Source: Mytilus trossulus
Lineage: Eukaryota
DNA: 64,000 nucleotides
NCBI RefSeq assembly: GCF_036588685.1
Contig: NC_086379.1
Span: 4,464,001-4,528,000 of the forward strand
Reading direction: 5' to 3'
In this document: piece by piece, positions 40,201 through 54,531 of the stretch
Numbering within the stretch: the first letter of the stretch is position 1
How the letters are laid out: every line of letters begins with the position of its first letter
Made by a program: the position numbers and the translations under genes
Notes under the pieces: model-generated
Database searches by the model: none
What the model was told of the DNA's origin: nothing
The model's input: the letters and a program-made list of their open reading frames with translations, nothing else

Positions 40201-43200
40201 GTTTTCAATTCGATGTAAATTTGTATAAGGGACGTTTTCAATTCGATGGAAATGTGAGCTAAGAAGCAAGTGTTTAAGCAAAAGTTTTTTTTTCTAAATA
40301 AAACATGGAAATTCCAACTCATGTTTTTCTTTCAGTTATCTTTTATATGTTTTTTTCATATCTTGAAGCAAACTAAACGGAGAATCACGAAAGATGAAAC
40401 AGGGTCAAATGATTTAAATTTGATAGATTCGGAAAAGTGTATATTGTATATTTTTAGTTTATAAAATCTTAAATATTAATTTGTAGATTTCGATGATTAT
40501 TTATGCTGATATTAAAAGATATCCAAATGTAAAAAAATATATTTTAAATATAAATTTCAATTTCAGCTCAAAAACCGTTTTACTAAATGGAATCGTACTG
40601 TGTTTCCCAAATTTCGATCCTGACCGGTTTGATTTACCATAAAATAAATAAAACTAAGTCCTATAGTGCTACAAAAGCTGAAAAGGTAAACAAAAGCGAA
40701 TGCTTTATATAATGAGATGATCTGAGGTATCTTTGAAAAACAAATGGCATTAATAATTTTTTTTTTAAAAGCGAAATTGTATGTTAATATCACTAAATAG
40801 ACTTTAAGAAACACTCTTTACTATTGAAATCAAATCAATTCTGTTTATATTTTTTTTTATAAAAAAAAAACTCACATCTTCCTTTCAACGAAAACAACTC
40901 CGAGGCCATTTTACATGTTGTTTTCTAATTTTAGTTTTGAAATATCATTGGCATGTTTTAGGTTGTTATAACGTAAAAGTACAAAATGAAACTGTCCACC
41001 AGCTGAACCAACATAAGAATGATACAGATAATGATGTACTGAAATGTTCAAGGTTTTGTAAAAGTAAAGGTTATGCACAAAGAGGATATGTTATTTTACT
41101 TCAGGTAATTATTTTTTTCCTACAATTTAAAACCTAGGAAACCCAAATAAAACCAATACAAATGTAAGATAAGAGTTCTAGTCAGACCTTTTCAGACCTT
41201 TCCCGTCATATTTTAAAACTCAAATACTCCAAATAGAATCTCAGTATCCAATCAATATTATTAGCTTTTTGTTCCTTAACAGAAGCTTTTCAACTTAAAG
41301 AATTAAATTTGATTTCTTGGTTTATAAAATTTCATTTTGTTCATCTACTACCCACAAAAGACTAAATGACACAAACATAAAAACTATAGATCACTGTACG
41401 GTCTTTAACAATGGGCAAAGCCCATACCGCATAGTCAGGAATTTAAAGGCCCCGAAATGAAAATGTAAAACAATTCAAACGAAAAAACTAACGGCCTATT
41501 GCATGTACCAAAAAATGAACAAAAACAAATAATAACGATAGGAAACACTGAATTGCAGGTACCTGACTTTGGACAGGCACGAACATACAGTCTGTGGCGG
41601 GGTTTATCGTGTTAGCGGGATCCCAACCCTGCCCTTACCTGGACATTGATGTAACAGTATATTATAAGGAAAAGTTATAAAAATCAGTTGAAAAGGGTTT
41701 AACACAGATATAGATACAATTACACGAGGTGAACATGACCGGGTACTTGTATTTCTCAACAACAGAAAGACATTAAGTACAGATCTGAGTGTACCCGCAG
41801 TTTCTGAATGCTAGTTCAGAGCCACTAAAAACTATTAGAAAAAATAATGCATCTAACACTAAATTATCAATCAATACACATCCAATGGATTGAGTGTAAT
41901 AACGTTATATAAAAACACGATCTTATGCAATGCGAAGGTATAGGAATCGACAGATTATAGGTCAATGAATGTATATGTATATATAAAATTAATACTAAAT
42001 ATGCTTTTAATTTTCTGATACCCAAATAATTGTTTATACCAATAAAATCAATATTCAATGATCTTATTACAGTGTTGAATGTGTAGGCTTTAAGAATAAG
42101 TTTATTTCAAGAATTGATAAGTTTACCAGGAATATTACTAAACTTTCGTAAAAATGACGATGTGTTATCTCGTTTAAAATATGTTTAAGGTTCCACTAAA
42201 GTCAAAATATAGGACACTTCATAAACATCTAAACTTTGCCTGTATTTTTCCACCTATAAGGAATAAAGTCATAAACTATGAGAACATATTATGTTCATTT
42301 AAGCATACTTTACATATACACACTGTATAAATTGTAAATAAACTTGAAATTGTTATGTTGTGGCCAAACCGGTTCTTGGGGGTAAACAATAAATTTTCAA
42401 AAAAATCTGGAGGTCTGCAAGACGACTTAATTTGCTTAAAATTGGTATGAACGAATACTATTACATGGAATGCAGGGCAAGCGCATGTTGATTTTTTGTA
42501 AAATGTATTGATTTTCAAGTTTCAGTTAATTTTATGTATCTAAGTGAACGAATATCGAAGGTACAATACAGAAATTGAACAAATATGCCATTAAAACATA
42601 TGTATGTGACAAATCAGCTTCCGCTTGCCTTGCATTACATGTAACAGTTTTCGTCCATACCAATTTTAAGCAAATTAAGTCGTCTTGCAGGCCTGTAGAT
42701 TTTTTTGAAAATTTAGTGTTCACCCCAAGAACCGGTTTGGCCTCAACATAACAATTTCAAGTTTATTTACAATTTACACAATGTGTATATATAAAGTATG
42801 TTTAAATGAACATATGTTCTCATAGTTTATGACTTTATTCATTATAGGTTGAAAAATACAGGCAAAGTTTAGATGTTTATGAAGTGTCCTATATTTTGAC
42901 TTTAGTGGAACCTTAAACCAAACCAAACTTCAAAATAAAATCTTTTTATCTATGGAAGAATTTAGTAAAGGTTTTAAGTAATTTGTAGTACCTTAATCTA
43001 TGGCTTGATTATATACAAGTTATTCATAGTCAAAATCTAAAACGTAAATGCAGAAATTGGCATAGCGAACGAGTTGTGAAATATAAACACCATTAGATAT
43101 TGCCAAAGGAATATCACCAACCAATTAGGGAAAATTAACAATAGAAAAATTGTTCCTTTTGTCGTTAATTTTAATGTGGAGTGTTCCGTGTAAAACCGAA

Positions 43201-46200
43201 GTGCCTAAAACTAGGAAAGTACAGCTTTAATTTAAAGTAAGTTCCTTTTGGTAGATTTCAGCAGGATATTTAGACAATTTTTGATTATTCAACAATAATT
43301 ATTATGATCAAGATTCGGTAAGTTTTGTTTAATTTATCAATAAAATGCAATTTAGACGGGTCTGTACTGAGTTTATTTAAAAACATTGATTCATAACAGT
43401 ACAGAGTCTGGTATATAAACAATTAGTGCCCATAGGAATATTCACAACCTGCCGATAAACTTTGGTGACGAAACATACATTTTTATTTTCAAGAAAATTA
43501 GCAGCTAAAATTATATCATCACACCTCCAGTAAATTTATATAGCATATTTACCTCTCGCGTTAGAGAAGAATGCTTTGAATGAGTTGCAGCAAATATATT
43601 TCATTCAGATTTCCATAACAACCATGTAATGAAATAGGAAAACTTGTGTTTGTTAAGATTTCGTGGAAGTGAAGTGTAACAGTAAAAATGTCAAAACTGT
43701 CAACAGAATCAAAATGACCGTCAAAAGCACGTATTTTTATCGAAATTATCAAAAGAACTTTTTTCACTCCATAAACAATTAATTCCACTATTTTCATGTA
43801 TTTTATTACAAAAGTTTATGGTAACCTCTTTGGAAGTAGTTAAGGAAATTGCTAAAAGCACTGACAGATTAGTTTTAGAACACTTACTAGCCGCCGAGAT
43901 GAAACCATGTTTGAATGTGTTTTGTGTAGTTTTAGGTAACCGATACATATACTATCGTTGTTTCCTACAGAAAATAATGCTGTCACTAAGCGTACCAATA
44001 TTTAAAGATCGTAAATCGATTAAGAAGCGACATATCAAGGAACTAGGTACAGCATAAAGGTATTTTAAATAATATGATATCGACGTATAAAAAAATGTGA
44101 TAATTGAAATCAAAGCAAGCAGTAATGAAAAGTTATTTAGTTCTGAATGTAAAATCCTTGAACTTGATTTACAAAAATAAAATTAAATGTTTTATAGGGT
44201 TTTAAATGCTACTGTGCAAAAAGATCATTAGGCAAATGGACGAGTTTAGGACAAGTGGATGAAGTGTCTACTAGTGAATGTTCAAAAGATTGCCCTGGTG
44301 ATGAAATCGATCGCTGTGGAGGGACTACTATTAAGATTGTTGCTGCATATGAATTCAAGGGGGATAAAAAAGAAGGTAGTGTTAATTGTTATAAGTACTC
44401 CCGTTTACAAAATGTTATTCATCAAAGTACTGTTTACCACTCTACTAACAGAAAGAGAGATAAGATTTTTCGTAATCAATTTGAAATCAAGTTTTACATG
44501 TTTTATGAATCCTGTTTTTTTTTTTTTTTTTGTAAAATCGAAATAAAGTCTTGCTGATAAAAAAAAAAAAAAAAAAAATACAGTTTGCATTGATTCTGTT
44601 CCCTTCTCAAAATAAATGTAATCGTACTGTTGACATAAGCGTTAATTGTATCGTTTACTATGATAAATCGAAGTCAACAGTTTCGAAACTTTGTTTGACC
44701 CGTTGTATCTTCTATGAGGGCGTACAGGGGTATCTGCATGGAAGAACGCGAAATAAAACTGCCATCCCACGATGAATGAACAATTAAATTGCCTTGCACA
44801 CACAACAGGGAGGATTGACGCTGCTTTGCTTTGGAGAAAAAGTAAAGTCACATAGACAGTAATGTTTCGTTGTTTCTTAAAATGTACCGAAAGATAGTAT
44901 CGTTGTTGGTTGCATTCCATCAAATATGGTTCATTACTAATTAACGTAATTTGTTTAGTGATGTTAAATATTACGAATGTTTAAAAATAGTGTGTTATTT
45001 ACTCTAATGCTAACAACTGTTAAGCCATGGTGTCAAATAAAATTAGACGGTCTTTGAATGGTGCATGAGCAGAAAAATTTATTGAAAAAAAATCAAATTG
45101 TATTTTACATAAGCCTAAAATTATTTTTATTTTTTTTCTATTAGCAAAACAATAGATATCTGCCTTTAAAACATTTTAATTGAAACTATACGCTGTTAAA
45201 ACTTTTTGTATTGTGATACTATTTTAACTGATACTTTTCGTAAACTTTTAGATGAAGATATACACCTTGGAAAAAAATGTTTTTATACAGCCCCAAACAG
45301 ACGAGCGCCATCAACACTAATGCCTGGGAACTGTCTCCAGAAATTGAAGTTTAAGTGTCAGATGGTTGATATTTCAGGTATATTAAATCCTTTGATTAAA
45401 ATCTATAGTTTAAATCAATAGTATAAGGAAATGAACATTGTGTACTGATCATGATGTATGTAAACTGTATGCTATCAAAAACACTTGAAAAGAAAACTCA
45501 GACAACTTACAAACTAAACAGCAAAACTATGTTGTGTTTTTATAACAAACATCTAATTAAAAGTATAATTATATTCCTGGTACCTTTGATAACTATTCAC
45601 ACCGTTAGATCTAAGATAAAGCCAACACATCATGTTGAAGCTTCTCGCGATGAATTTAATGATACCGACAGCTGATTTATATGAACAACTTGAACTTATA
45701 AAAATCAACATAAATTTGTAAAACAAAAAAATATCCAAACGAAAAAAGTATGCCATATTTTAGCAGAACCGTCAGTGTATTACTATTAATTGTTAGCGTT
45801 GTTTAACATCTTATTGAATGGCGAAAAGATTAAATAACTGAGAATGCTTTTGCCATTTGTTTATGGCAATGAACAAATACATTTCACTAAACTTATCAAA
45901 ATTATTTTTATGTCAAGGTGGTTCGAAAAATGTGTTAACCAAACGATGTTATTCCATACGTTTAAATTGGTACGATGCACAACAGACGTGTTTACAAGAA
46001 AAAAGTTATCTTCCAACGTATACACCATCAAACGACATATGTTTTGCAGAAAAAGACGTTGACGAGATGAACAATTGGCACAATGCTTTCGTAAAAGAAA
46101 GAATTGTTTGGGAAACAGGTAAGAATGTCTAGGATTAATAAATGCTACTAAAAAGTGAAGAAAAGCACCCAATCTGAATAAATGTGAGCACAATGAAATA

Positions 46201-49200
46201 GGTTTCTAATTCACTTGCTTTGTTTTTACCGAAGATGTATGAATGTATTTTTAATTAAGGAAAACTTTCATTCAGTGGGTCTTGTCATTGATTTCTATCA
46301 AATTTTGTATCCAGATGCGATATAATGATTTTTCGGTCTAAACATCTAAAAAATATTCACTGATCACTAATATTTGTTAAAAGTAATAACATAATATAAG
46401 ACAAAAAATGGAAACATATATATTACAATCGCATAGTTTTTTATGTTTTATATTGATATGCTGCTGGTTTTTAACTTTTTGCTGTACTATAACCAAATAC
46501 AATGTATACGATAGCACGTTGTGGGAAAAAAAATGTAAATGATTATGTTATAAAATTGAGAATGGAAACTGTTTTATTTATTATCATGTCTGTTTGTTCA
46601 CGCGTCGTTGTAAATATAAATTTGATGAGACTGACATACAAATGAGAGGTTTAGCGCTATGAAACCAGGTTCAATTCACCGTTTTCTACTTTTGAAAATG
46701 CCTGTACCAATTCAGGAATATGACAGTTGTTGTGTTTTGTCATTTGATTTTGCCGTTTAATTAGAGACTCTCCGATTAAATTTTTCTCGGAGTTCCTTTT
46801 TTTAATGATTTTACCTATTATGCTTATGTCTCTGTTCAATGGTAATTTTGTCATTGAGAACAATATTTGTTGTTGATGTTTACCTAAACTACGTCCTAGT
46901 ATTCGTTGACCCTTTGAACATGTTTGATAGTTATTATTATTTAAATATTCAACATCACAATTGTGTGACAGAACCCATTTTTTCTGTAACTTGACTTTGA
47001 TTTTATAGTGTCTAAAAATATTTTGTGCACGAAAATGACATATGGACATGCTGTGACTTTATTCCCTTACTTCTTTTGTTTGGAATTGTAGATCATAATG
47101 AGACTGACTTTTTATGAGATAAACAATACGTTTACATGGCGTAGCCATGCGTAAAATGTTCTTCAGCATTTCTCTTCGAAAACAAGGACCTATTTAATGG
47201 AATAAAACGTCTGATTTGGAAACCTTAACTATAGGTGTCACACCACCAATTACTCCCTCCAATTCAGGACGTATGTGAATGTAGGCCTACTGGGACAAAA
47301 ATAGTGCATTTGATGTCATTGTTGACTTAAACTAACCAACAAATTGGCAGAAATGAAACTTTTGTGAAAGAGAAATATATTAAGACCATTTGGAGTTAAA
47401 ATTTACTTGTTTATGAGTTTGCATTCAAAACTGAGGATTAATGCACTCCATTCTATACTAATTTAAGATTTCCAGAAAACCAGGGGCTATTGTTAGTGGT
47501 ACCTCTATTTGGAAGACCTCTTCTTTCTTATATAACTATAAAAATCTGTTGAAAATTGAGATGTAGAAAGCTAATACATGTACGATTCAGGATACACCTG
47601 GTTTCTATGAAATTAAACTTAAGGTAAAATATTCAGAAAGCTGTGAAAATGCAAAATTTGGTTGAACACATAGGGACTTTTAATTGGTGATATGACACTT
47701 ATAACCTCCGGATAGAACAGGCTAATATAAAGTATTTACTTTAAATTTGTTTTAATCAATACACTTGCATAGCAAAAGCAAACAGTTTGAAGGTAAACTA
47801 ATTATTGATCAATCCATTCAAATTGCGTAAGATCCACATCATAATATTTTATATGGGGTAAATCGGGTAGGGCGAAAAAGTAAAATCACAAAAATACTGA
47901 ACTCAGAGAAAATCAATCATTTTAAAAGGTAAAATATGGTGGATTAAATCTGGTTTTATAGCGCTAAACCTCTCACTTTGTACGACAGTCTCATCAAATT
48001 CCGTTATATTTACAATGATGCGTGAACTAAACAGACATAGTAAATAAAATAGTCAAAATATGGGTAACAATTTTAAGAGAAACAATTTCGCGTGTCTGAC
48101 GTCAGAAAATTTATACGTCACATATTTTCGTCGTTCAATGTTTATACTAAAATAAATGACAGATGTTTCCAAGTAAATTTTTTCAAATGTTTTGCAATAA
48201 TTTCAAAAATATATCGTTCTGGATTGGTTTTGTTTTCGGATGCTTCTGTAGTGTATTTGAAGCAGAACAATGTTTGGGCTTCAAGAGTCTACATATTGGT
48301 TGTCTGTGAACAGAAAATGTACAATTTTACAATATCAATTGTTTCACAAATGATAACTAGTCTACAAAGTAAAATCATTTCTTTAAACTTTAAAAAAAAA
48401 ATGCAAAATAAACACATTCCGCTTCAAGGTGGGTAAGTTTTTTAATGCGTGAAACGTTCTGCGTTAGTGATTTGGTCCTGACTAGTGCTGGTGATCAATA
48501 AATATATATGTAAACAAAGACAAAACTGATGATTTGTGACGTTTTCTCCCATACAAAATGAAAGGAAACAGTTCAGATGTTTTGATTTTGTTTCTAATAG
48601 GCTCATAGACAAACAGTGAAGAAATGTCACATCTCTAAACTGTTTCAGTAAGCGTAACACAAACGTTCTCATATTTAAAAATCTCGAACTGAAAAAAATA
48701 TATATAATATGTTCATGGAGTCCGCTTTCCATACCAAAATCCACACAACAAAATTATTTTGTGAAAACCCTGCGGAATTTATTAAAATTGTGCATTTTCT
48801 CAGTAAGAGATATCCTGATTCTGTGCTGGTGGGTCCTTATACGATGCTGGTGACTTTTTGTAAAAAGTTTGTCCTATTTTAAACAAACATAACAGATTCA
48901 ATAAAATTGGGTAGATTATTGTATCAATTGGATTTGTGACTCCTATTTCTTCTTTTTTCCTACCATTCGGCCGTCAAAAAGCGTTTTCAAATAATTGTTA
49001 CAGTTATTTATATAAAGTAAAAGAGCAACATCGTCCGTCAAAAATCAGATGAAAATATATCTAATTAGAATAGTCTTACATAAATTTAATGCCGATCAAT
49101 TGTTGATTATCTACAAAATATGCTAACTAACAAGTAAAAGGTGTTTGAGGTTAAGCGACTTTTATAACGAAAAAAACGTTTGACTAGTTTATTTCAATTG

Positions 49201-52200
49201 AATACACAAGGTAAGCTAATCTAACTACTAGTGTCTCTATTTCTTCCTTAATATATACACTGTCTCCACAGTACATTTTGACAAGATAAAAAAAAAGGAA
49301 CATTGCTTGCTTAAACAACCAGCTAAAACAATAACCAATCCTAGCTTCCAAAATGTAAACGATTAAAAAATGAAAAGGTTTGGCCTGGTTTAAAATTTAA
49401 CTTTGAAAAAAACAAATAAGACAAATTGCAATCATCACTCAAGTCGCTCCTCGTACCCTCCCCATCCCAACACAACCATCCCCTCCTCCATTCCTCCTTT
49501 ATTTGTACGTTTATGCAAAAACACAACACTAAAATTGAGAATGGAAATGGGGAATAAGTCAAAAAGACAAAAAAAAAAAGAGCAGACAACTAAGCACACA
49601 AAATGATAACATAAAGACACAAAATTGGTTAAGAAGAATTTTAAAACTGTGCAGTGTATCTTGTGCTCAAGAATGTAATTGTCATAATATGCATTCATCA
49701 TACATAATAAAGGGCATGTGGAAGTAGTTTTAATTTTATTGTTACCGATGTATCGAGCATTGTAAGTTAAAATACAACGATGATGGAAGTTTTTAAAGAC
49801 ATTGACCTTGACCTTATGTGATAAATAAAACAACAAAAACTTACAATACAAGCGAGTATTTTTTTTATTGAAATCATTATCTTTCAATATGTGATCTATG
49901 CATAGAATATGTAGAATTGAGAAAGAAATAGTATTTATCTCAGATTTGAAATTATTATTTTTTTATTTGTTTTGGTTTGGGAGGGGAAGGGGCTGAAAAC
50001 GGTAGGATAAAAAGAAAATTCTTAACTGTATTGGACAATTTTGTTAAAAAAAAACCTAACTATATCCAGAATGGTTCGGCTACCCTGACTTTATTAACTG
50101 AACTCACATCTTTCAATCTGTTTAATTCAGGTCTTGAGCTGTCATGAAAATAACTGCTAGTAGTCCATTGTAATACTTTAGTTTTCTATTCTAACACGGA
50201 CTAGGCTTTCATTTAAGGTGAATTTACTGTGCGTATTTCTGTTTTCGTGTTTATTCTAAATTGGCTAGAGGTATAAGGAGGGCTGATATATCGCAAATTA
50301 TAATCTGAATGCATTTATTTTATATGTATCTTTATATCTGCGTTTCTTTTATATCATCAACTCGTTATTGAATGTGTCTGTACTCATCGTAGATATTGTA
50401 TAGATGAAATTTCCATGTGAGGTAAAACCCAGTTGCATACAGCTAAAGATCACTTCAAATTATAACACAAAAAATCCGTTGTTTCATGCCAGTACCGAAG
50501 TATTGTACAATCTGGGATTTGCAATAGATTTATGAAAAAAATTATGTTCAATCCCAAGTAACAAATGAAATAGTCAATCTTTAAAATGTATTTTAAAATA
50601 GTAGCTGTGTATACACACATTATATTCACAACTGTCAAACATACTTTCAACTGACTTTTCCAAGAATGTACACACTATTACATATTTTTGATAAAGTTAG
50701 TTTTATTTTATCATTAACTTCTTCCTTTCACAATCAAGTATTTCAATTCATAGGGAAATAAATATTCAGCAGCGATCTTTCGGTGACCAGTCAGCGGTCT
50801 AAGGTTTACGTATTCCTTTTTAGCTCACCTGGCCCGAAGGGCCAAGTGAGCTTTTCTCATCACTTGGCGTCCGGCGTCCGGCGTCGTCCGTCGTCGTCGT
50901 CGTCGTCCGTCGTCGTCCTGCGTCCGGCGTTAACTTTTACAAAAATCTTCTCCTCTGAAACTACTAGGCCAAATTTAACCAAACTTGGCCACAATCATCA
51001 TTGGGGTATCTTGTTTAAAAATTGTGTCCGGTGACCCCGCCAACTAACCAAGATGGCCGCCATGGCTATAAATAGAACATAGGGGTAAAATGCAGTTTTT
51101 GGCTTATAACTCAAAAACCAAAGCATTTAGGGCAAATCTGACATGATGTCATATTGTTAATCAGGTTTAGATCTATCTGCCTTGAAATTTTCAGATGAAT
51201 CTGACATTCCGTTGTTAGGTTGCTGCCCCTGAATTGGTAATTTTAAGGAAATTTTGTTGTTTTTGGTTATTATCTTGAATATTATTTTAGATAGAGATAA
51301 ACTGTAAAAAGCAATAATGTTCAGCAAAGTAAGATGTACAAAAAAGTCAACATGACCAAAATGATCAGTTGACCACTTTAGGAGTTATTGCCCTTTATAT
51401 TCAATTTTTAACCATTTTTCGTAAATCTTAGTAATCTTTTAGAAAAATCTTCTCCCCTGAAACTGCTGGGCCAAATTATTTGAAACTTGGCCACAATCAT
51501 CATTGGGGTATCTAGTTTAAAAATTGTGTCCGGTGACCTGGCCATCAAACCAAGATGGCCGCCACGGCTAAAAATAGAACATAGGGGTAAAATGCAGTTT
51601 TTGGCTTATAACTCAAAAACCAAATAATTTAGAGAAAATCTGACATGAAGTAAAATTGTTAATCAGGTCAAGATCTATCTGCCCTGAAATTTTCAGATGA
51701 ATTGGACAACCTGTTTTTGGGTTGCGGCCCCTGAATTGGTAATTTTAAGGAAATTTTGCTGTTTTTGGTTATTATATTGAATATTATTATAGATATAGGT
51801 AAACTGTAAACAGCAATAATGTTCAGCAAAGTAAGATCTACAAATAAGTCAACATGAACGAAATGGTCAATTGACCCCTGTAGGAGTTATTGACCTTTGT
51901 AGTCAATTTTCAATCTGCTTCCTTTGTTTAATATTCACATAGACAAGGTGAGCGACACAGGCTCTTTAGAGCCTCTAGTTTTTAAAGCAAGTTGTTTTGT
52001 GTATCCCTAATGACTTAATTCTTCGAATCTTTTCTTTAAAACTAAAACAACAGAAAAGTTAAGTTCAGATAATACAACAGAATTATCACGTGTGTGTGTA
52101 ACTGTGAAGTATAATAAGGATTATATCTCAATAAATGAATAAGAGCAACAGTATTACACCGCTGTGTTTTGTTTGAAGCATTACTGTAATGAATATCATT

Positions 52201-54167
52201 GACAACACATACAGTTTATTATAAATTTACTTTTACAGTATTCGATGGTCCAATAATTTCCGAAACGATTACATTTATCAATGATTAATGTGATCATCAT
52301 ATGCAACATATAGTTAAACCATTAACAAACAAAAAACAGACTTGTAATGTTATGGAAATTGGATTGCTTCCGTTGTAATCACGATAAACATTTCATGAGA
52401 AGTTTTTTTTGTATATCCAATGTATAAAATTAAAAGTTATCTTTATTATAAAGTGCAGTTTATTCAAACATTTGACAAAAGGTTGCCCTGAAGTATAAAC
52501 GCACAGCACCTGAGATCACCCCTAGATTTTGGTGGGGTTCGTGTTGTTTATTCTTTAGTTTTCTATGTTGTGTCATGTGTACTATTGTTTTTCTGTTTGT
52601 CTTTTTCATTTTTAGTCATGGCTTTGTCAGTTTGTTTTAGATTTATGAGTTTGACTGTCCCTTTGGTATCTTTCGTCCCTCTTCTACTAAGTGCATGTGC
52701 AGGTAGATATGTAAAATCTGAGGTAAACGCCCCTTAATTACTCAAAAACGTACACAAAGTAAACACGTGTTTACGCGGATAGACATTAAAAATATTTTAA
52801 CTGCTTTAAGTTCATAAAATAAACACAAGTTTACTAAAAACGCAGATCTTTGTGTAAACAAAAAATGTGTACGAGTGTATACGTTAAATTCTTTTAGTCT
52901 GCACCCAAATGTACAAACACGTGTTATAGCATTTTAATAACTGAAGACTTCAAATTTAACCTCCGTGTTGCACCAGCGCTAGTTCTTTATTTATATATTA
53001 ACTGGTTGGCCATATTATTACTGCAATGCACTGGTGTCCTGAACATTTTCAATAATACTTTACTGCTAAATGGGATATTCAAAGGCCTAAACAATTCTGA
53101 GCCTAAATCTATAATTTTAAAACACAAGTAATGTAAAATACTGATGTATTTAGAGAAGAATTATGCCAGGTAATCGGTTTGACGTGGAATTAAAAACTAT
53201 TTTCAAATAGATAAAGGTTGTGAGGTCGTGTTTTTTACATTTCAGTTTTCAACCATCTATTGCATATATGTATATATCAAGATAAAACCCGTCGAACCAC
53301 CAACGACCTAATAAAGTAATATACCTAAGGACAAATTTATTTTGAAAGGTTGCGTCGTTGGATTTGTGACTAGAGGTCAGTAAAAAAGCAAATGAAAGCT
53401 AAATGGCACTAAATGCACTGAGTAAACAATGATATTCGATGTGATATGATTGCCATTGGGACAACTGACTTCAGTTCAAAGGTAATGGTATATAAGCCTC
53501 TATAGAAAGCATGGCCATTAAAAATAGAAAAAAAATACCGGGATGATTCTAGTGAAGGTTGTATCTATTTGTTATAGTTTCACCATTTATTTGTTAATTG
53601 TTGGTTTTTACTTCAAACATTTGTTATTTATTAAATAGTATCACCATAATTTTTTTACAATTGTCTTTACAGAAAATAGACCTAGATTTAGCCCTAAATG
53701 TTTAGCGGTAGAGTTGAGAGAGGATAAAAATTATACATTGCTGGCTGTTAACTGCACAGACAAATATAAGGCACTATGCGTTTTGAAATCAACAATAGGT
53801 AATTAAAAAAATAATAAACCTGTTTCAGTTTAGTACAACGGTATTAACAAAGACAAATTAAATGATTTCAAAATTGTTATTTCATTATCAATATGATGTT
53901 TGTCATAACACTTTAACAATATACTTTTACCTATGCATATGTTCTGAGATATTTAAAACATAATTCATAGTAGACTTGAACCGAACCCTGTTCTTATCGA
54001 ATCCTTAAACATTTTATTTATTGGTGCATAGAGGTTTGGTTGGATATTGAATATCAAATATCGTCGTTTTATATAAAAAAACAAACATTATATTACAGAA
54101 CCTTCAACTCATTTGAATGCACAACAAGGAACTACTTACCCAAATGATACTGCTGAAATAACAACGG
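37222..54167 (+). CDS. Gene 2 (3'-partial): WSC and C-type-lectin-like domain protein, probable type I membrane receptor
   Basis: join(37222..37285,38227..38451,40962..41104,44198..44375,45252..45377,45918..46118,53673..53798,54099..54167)=1132 nt; GT-AG, phases 1,1,0,1,1,1,1,1; no stops; WSC motifs YKGCY…C-x3-C…GFKCYC…C-x3-CPGD…CGG; CTL-like NWYDAQQTC and C-x17-C-x7-C. Confidence 0.82.
37345..37780 (+). repeat. Diverged ~215-bp tandem duplication in gene 2 intron 1
   Basis: gaaatcagaaatt…ggtttatcatttataacgcca…acaacagcaaggttctt…catactaga occurs twice. Confidence 0.85.
38227..38451 (+). CDS. Gene 2 exon 2, CTL-like N-half (AFENAKPLC…VVWINAYVVHSSVMEYK)
   Basis: tgtag| acceptor (in-frame alternative +6), |gtaaat donor, 225 nt open. 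Confidence 0.8.
40962..41104 (+). CDS. Gene 2 exon 3, WSC N-half (GCY…CSRFCKSKGY…LLQ)
   Basis: tttag| acceptor, CAG|gtaatt donor. Confidence 0.85.
42189..42912. mobile_element. Kolobok-type fold-back MITE
   Basis: TTAA|GGTTCCAC…GTGGAACC|TTAA; ~300 bp near-perfect TIRs. Confidence 0.88.
43400..43965 (-). pseudogene. Decayed Penelope-like RT fragment (N-terminal part of RT)
   Basis: MYRLPK…FISAASKCS…FCNKIHENSGINCLWS…FDSVDSFD with frameshifts. Confidence 0.7.
44198..44375 (+). CDS. Gene 2 exon 4, WSC C-half (GFKCYC…CSKDCPGDEIDRCGG…)
   Basis: tag| acceptor phase 0; classic WSC cysteine spacing. Confidence 0.88.
45252..45377 (+). CDS. Gene 2 exon 5, CTL-like C-half (KKCFY…GNCLQKLKFKCQ)
   Basis: 126 nt phase 1-1; same length and Cys spacing as exon 7. 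Confidence 0.82.
45918..46118 (+). CDS. Gene 2 exon 6, second CTL-like N-half (RLNWYDAQQTCLQEKSYLP…W…IVW)
   Basis: 201 nt phase 1-1; |gtaaga donor. Confidence 0.85.
50817..51982 (-). mobile_element. Helentron-associated non-autonomous element (HINE/DINE-like) with a tandem ~502-bp core
   Basis: TTTTTAGCTCACCT…AGGTGAGC subterminal inverted repeats, terminal hairpins, (CGT)n microsatellite, core units at 50941 and 51443. Confidence 0.85.
52506..52683 (+). mobile_element. Short 3'-terminal copy of the 6576-7240 element
   Basis: Near-identical to 7062-7240. Confidence 0.85.
53673..53798 (+). CDS. Gene 2 exon 7, second CTL-like C-half (PKCLAV…LAVNCTDKYKALCV)
   Basis: tttacag| acceptor, |gtaatt donor, 126 nt. 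Confidence 0.85.
54099..54167 (+). CDS. Gene 2 exon 8, Ser/Thr-rich stalk (EPSTHLNAQQGTTYPNDTAEITT)
   Basis: tacag| acceptor, G|gtagat donor, 69 nt phase 1-1. Confidence 0.7.
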
Positions 54168-54531
54168 GTAGATATACAGTCACTTTCGTTATTTTAATGA
54201 CAATATTTTTCAATTATTTCGAAACCAGAGCAATTTTGCTTATGTGTCCTGATTAAGTTCACACCAGGTCCGTCTTTGATTATTTAATTGACAGGAATTT
54301 AAGAAAAAACTTAAATATCTATAGTTCTTTGTTGTATCAATTAATTAATTTCACCTGCATGGATTCAATAAATATTGTATGAACCTCGTCATTGGGAGTT
54401 GTTACAGAATATACTGAAATAAATGTATGGTGCGTTTAAAATAAATTTCAACGACCAGTCATTATATGGAAAACATGTAATAGCAATATTCTAAAGGAGT
54501 TTTGCTGCATTAAAACAAAATAACACATTAA

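Noticed and set aside
46119-53672. Additional gene 2 exons in the 7.5-kb intron
   Set aside because: No Cys-patterned, splice-bounded exon found by eye; ORFs there are repeat-derived or low-complexity.
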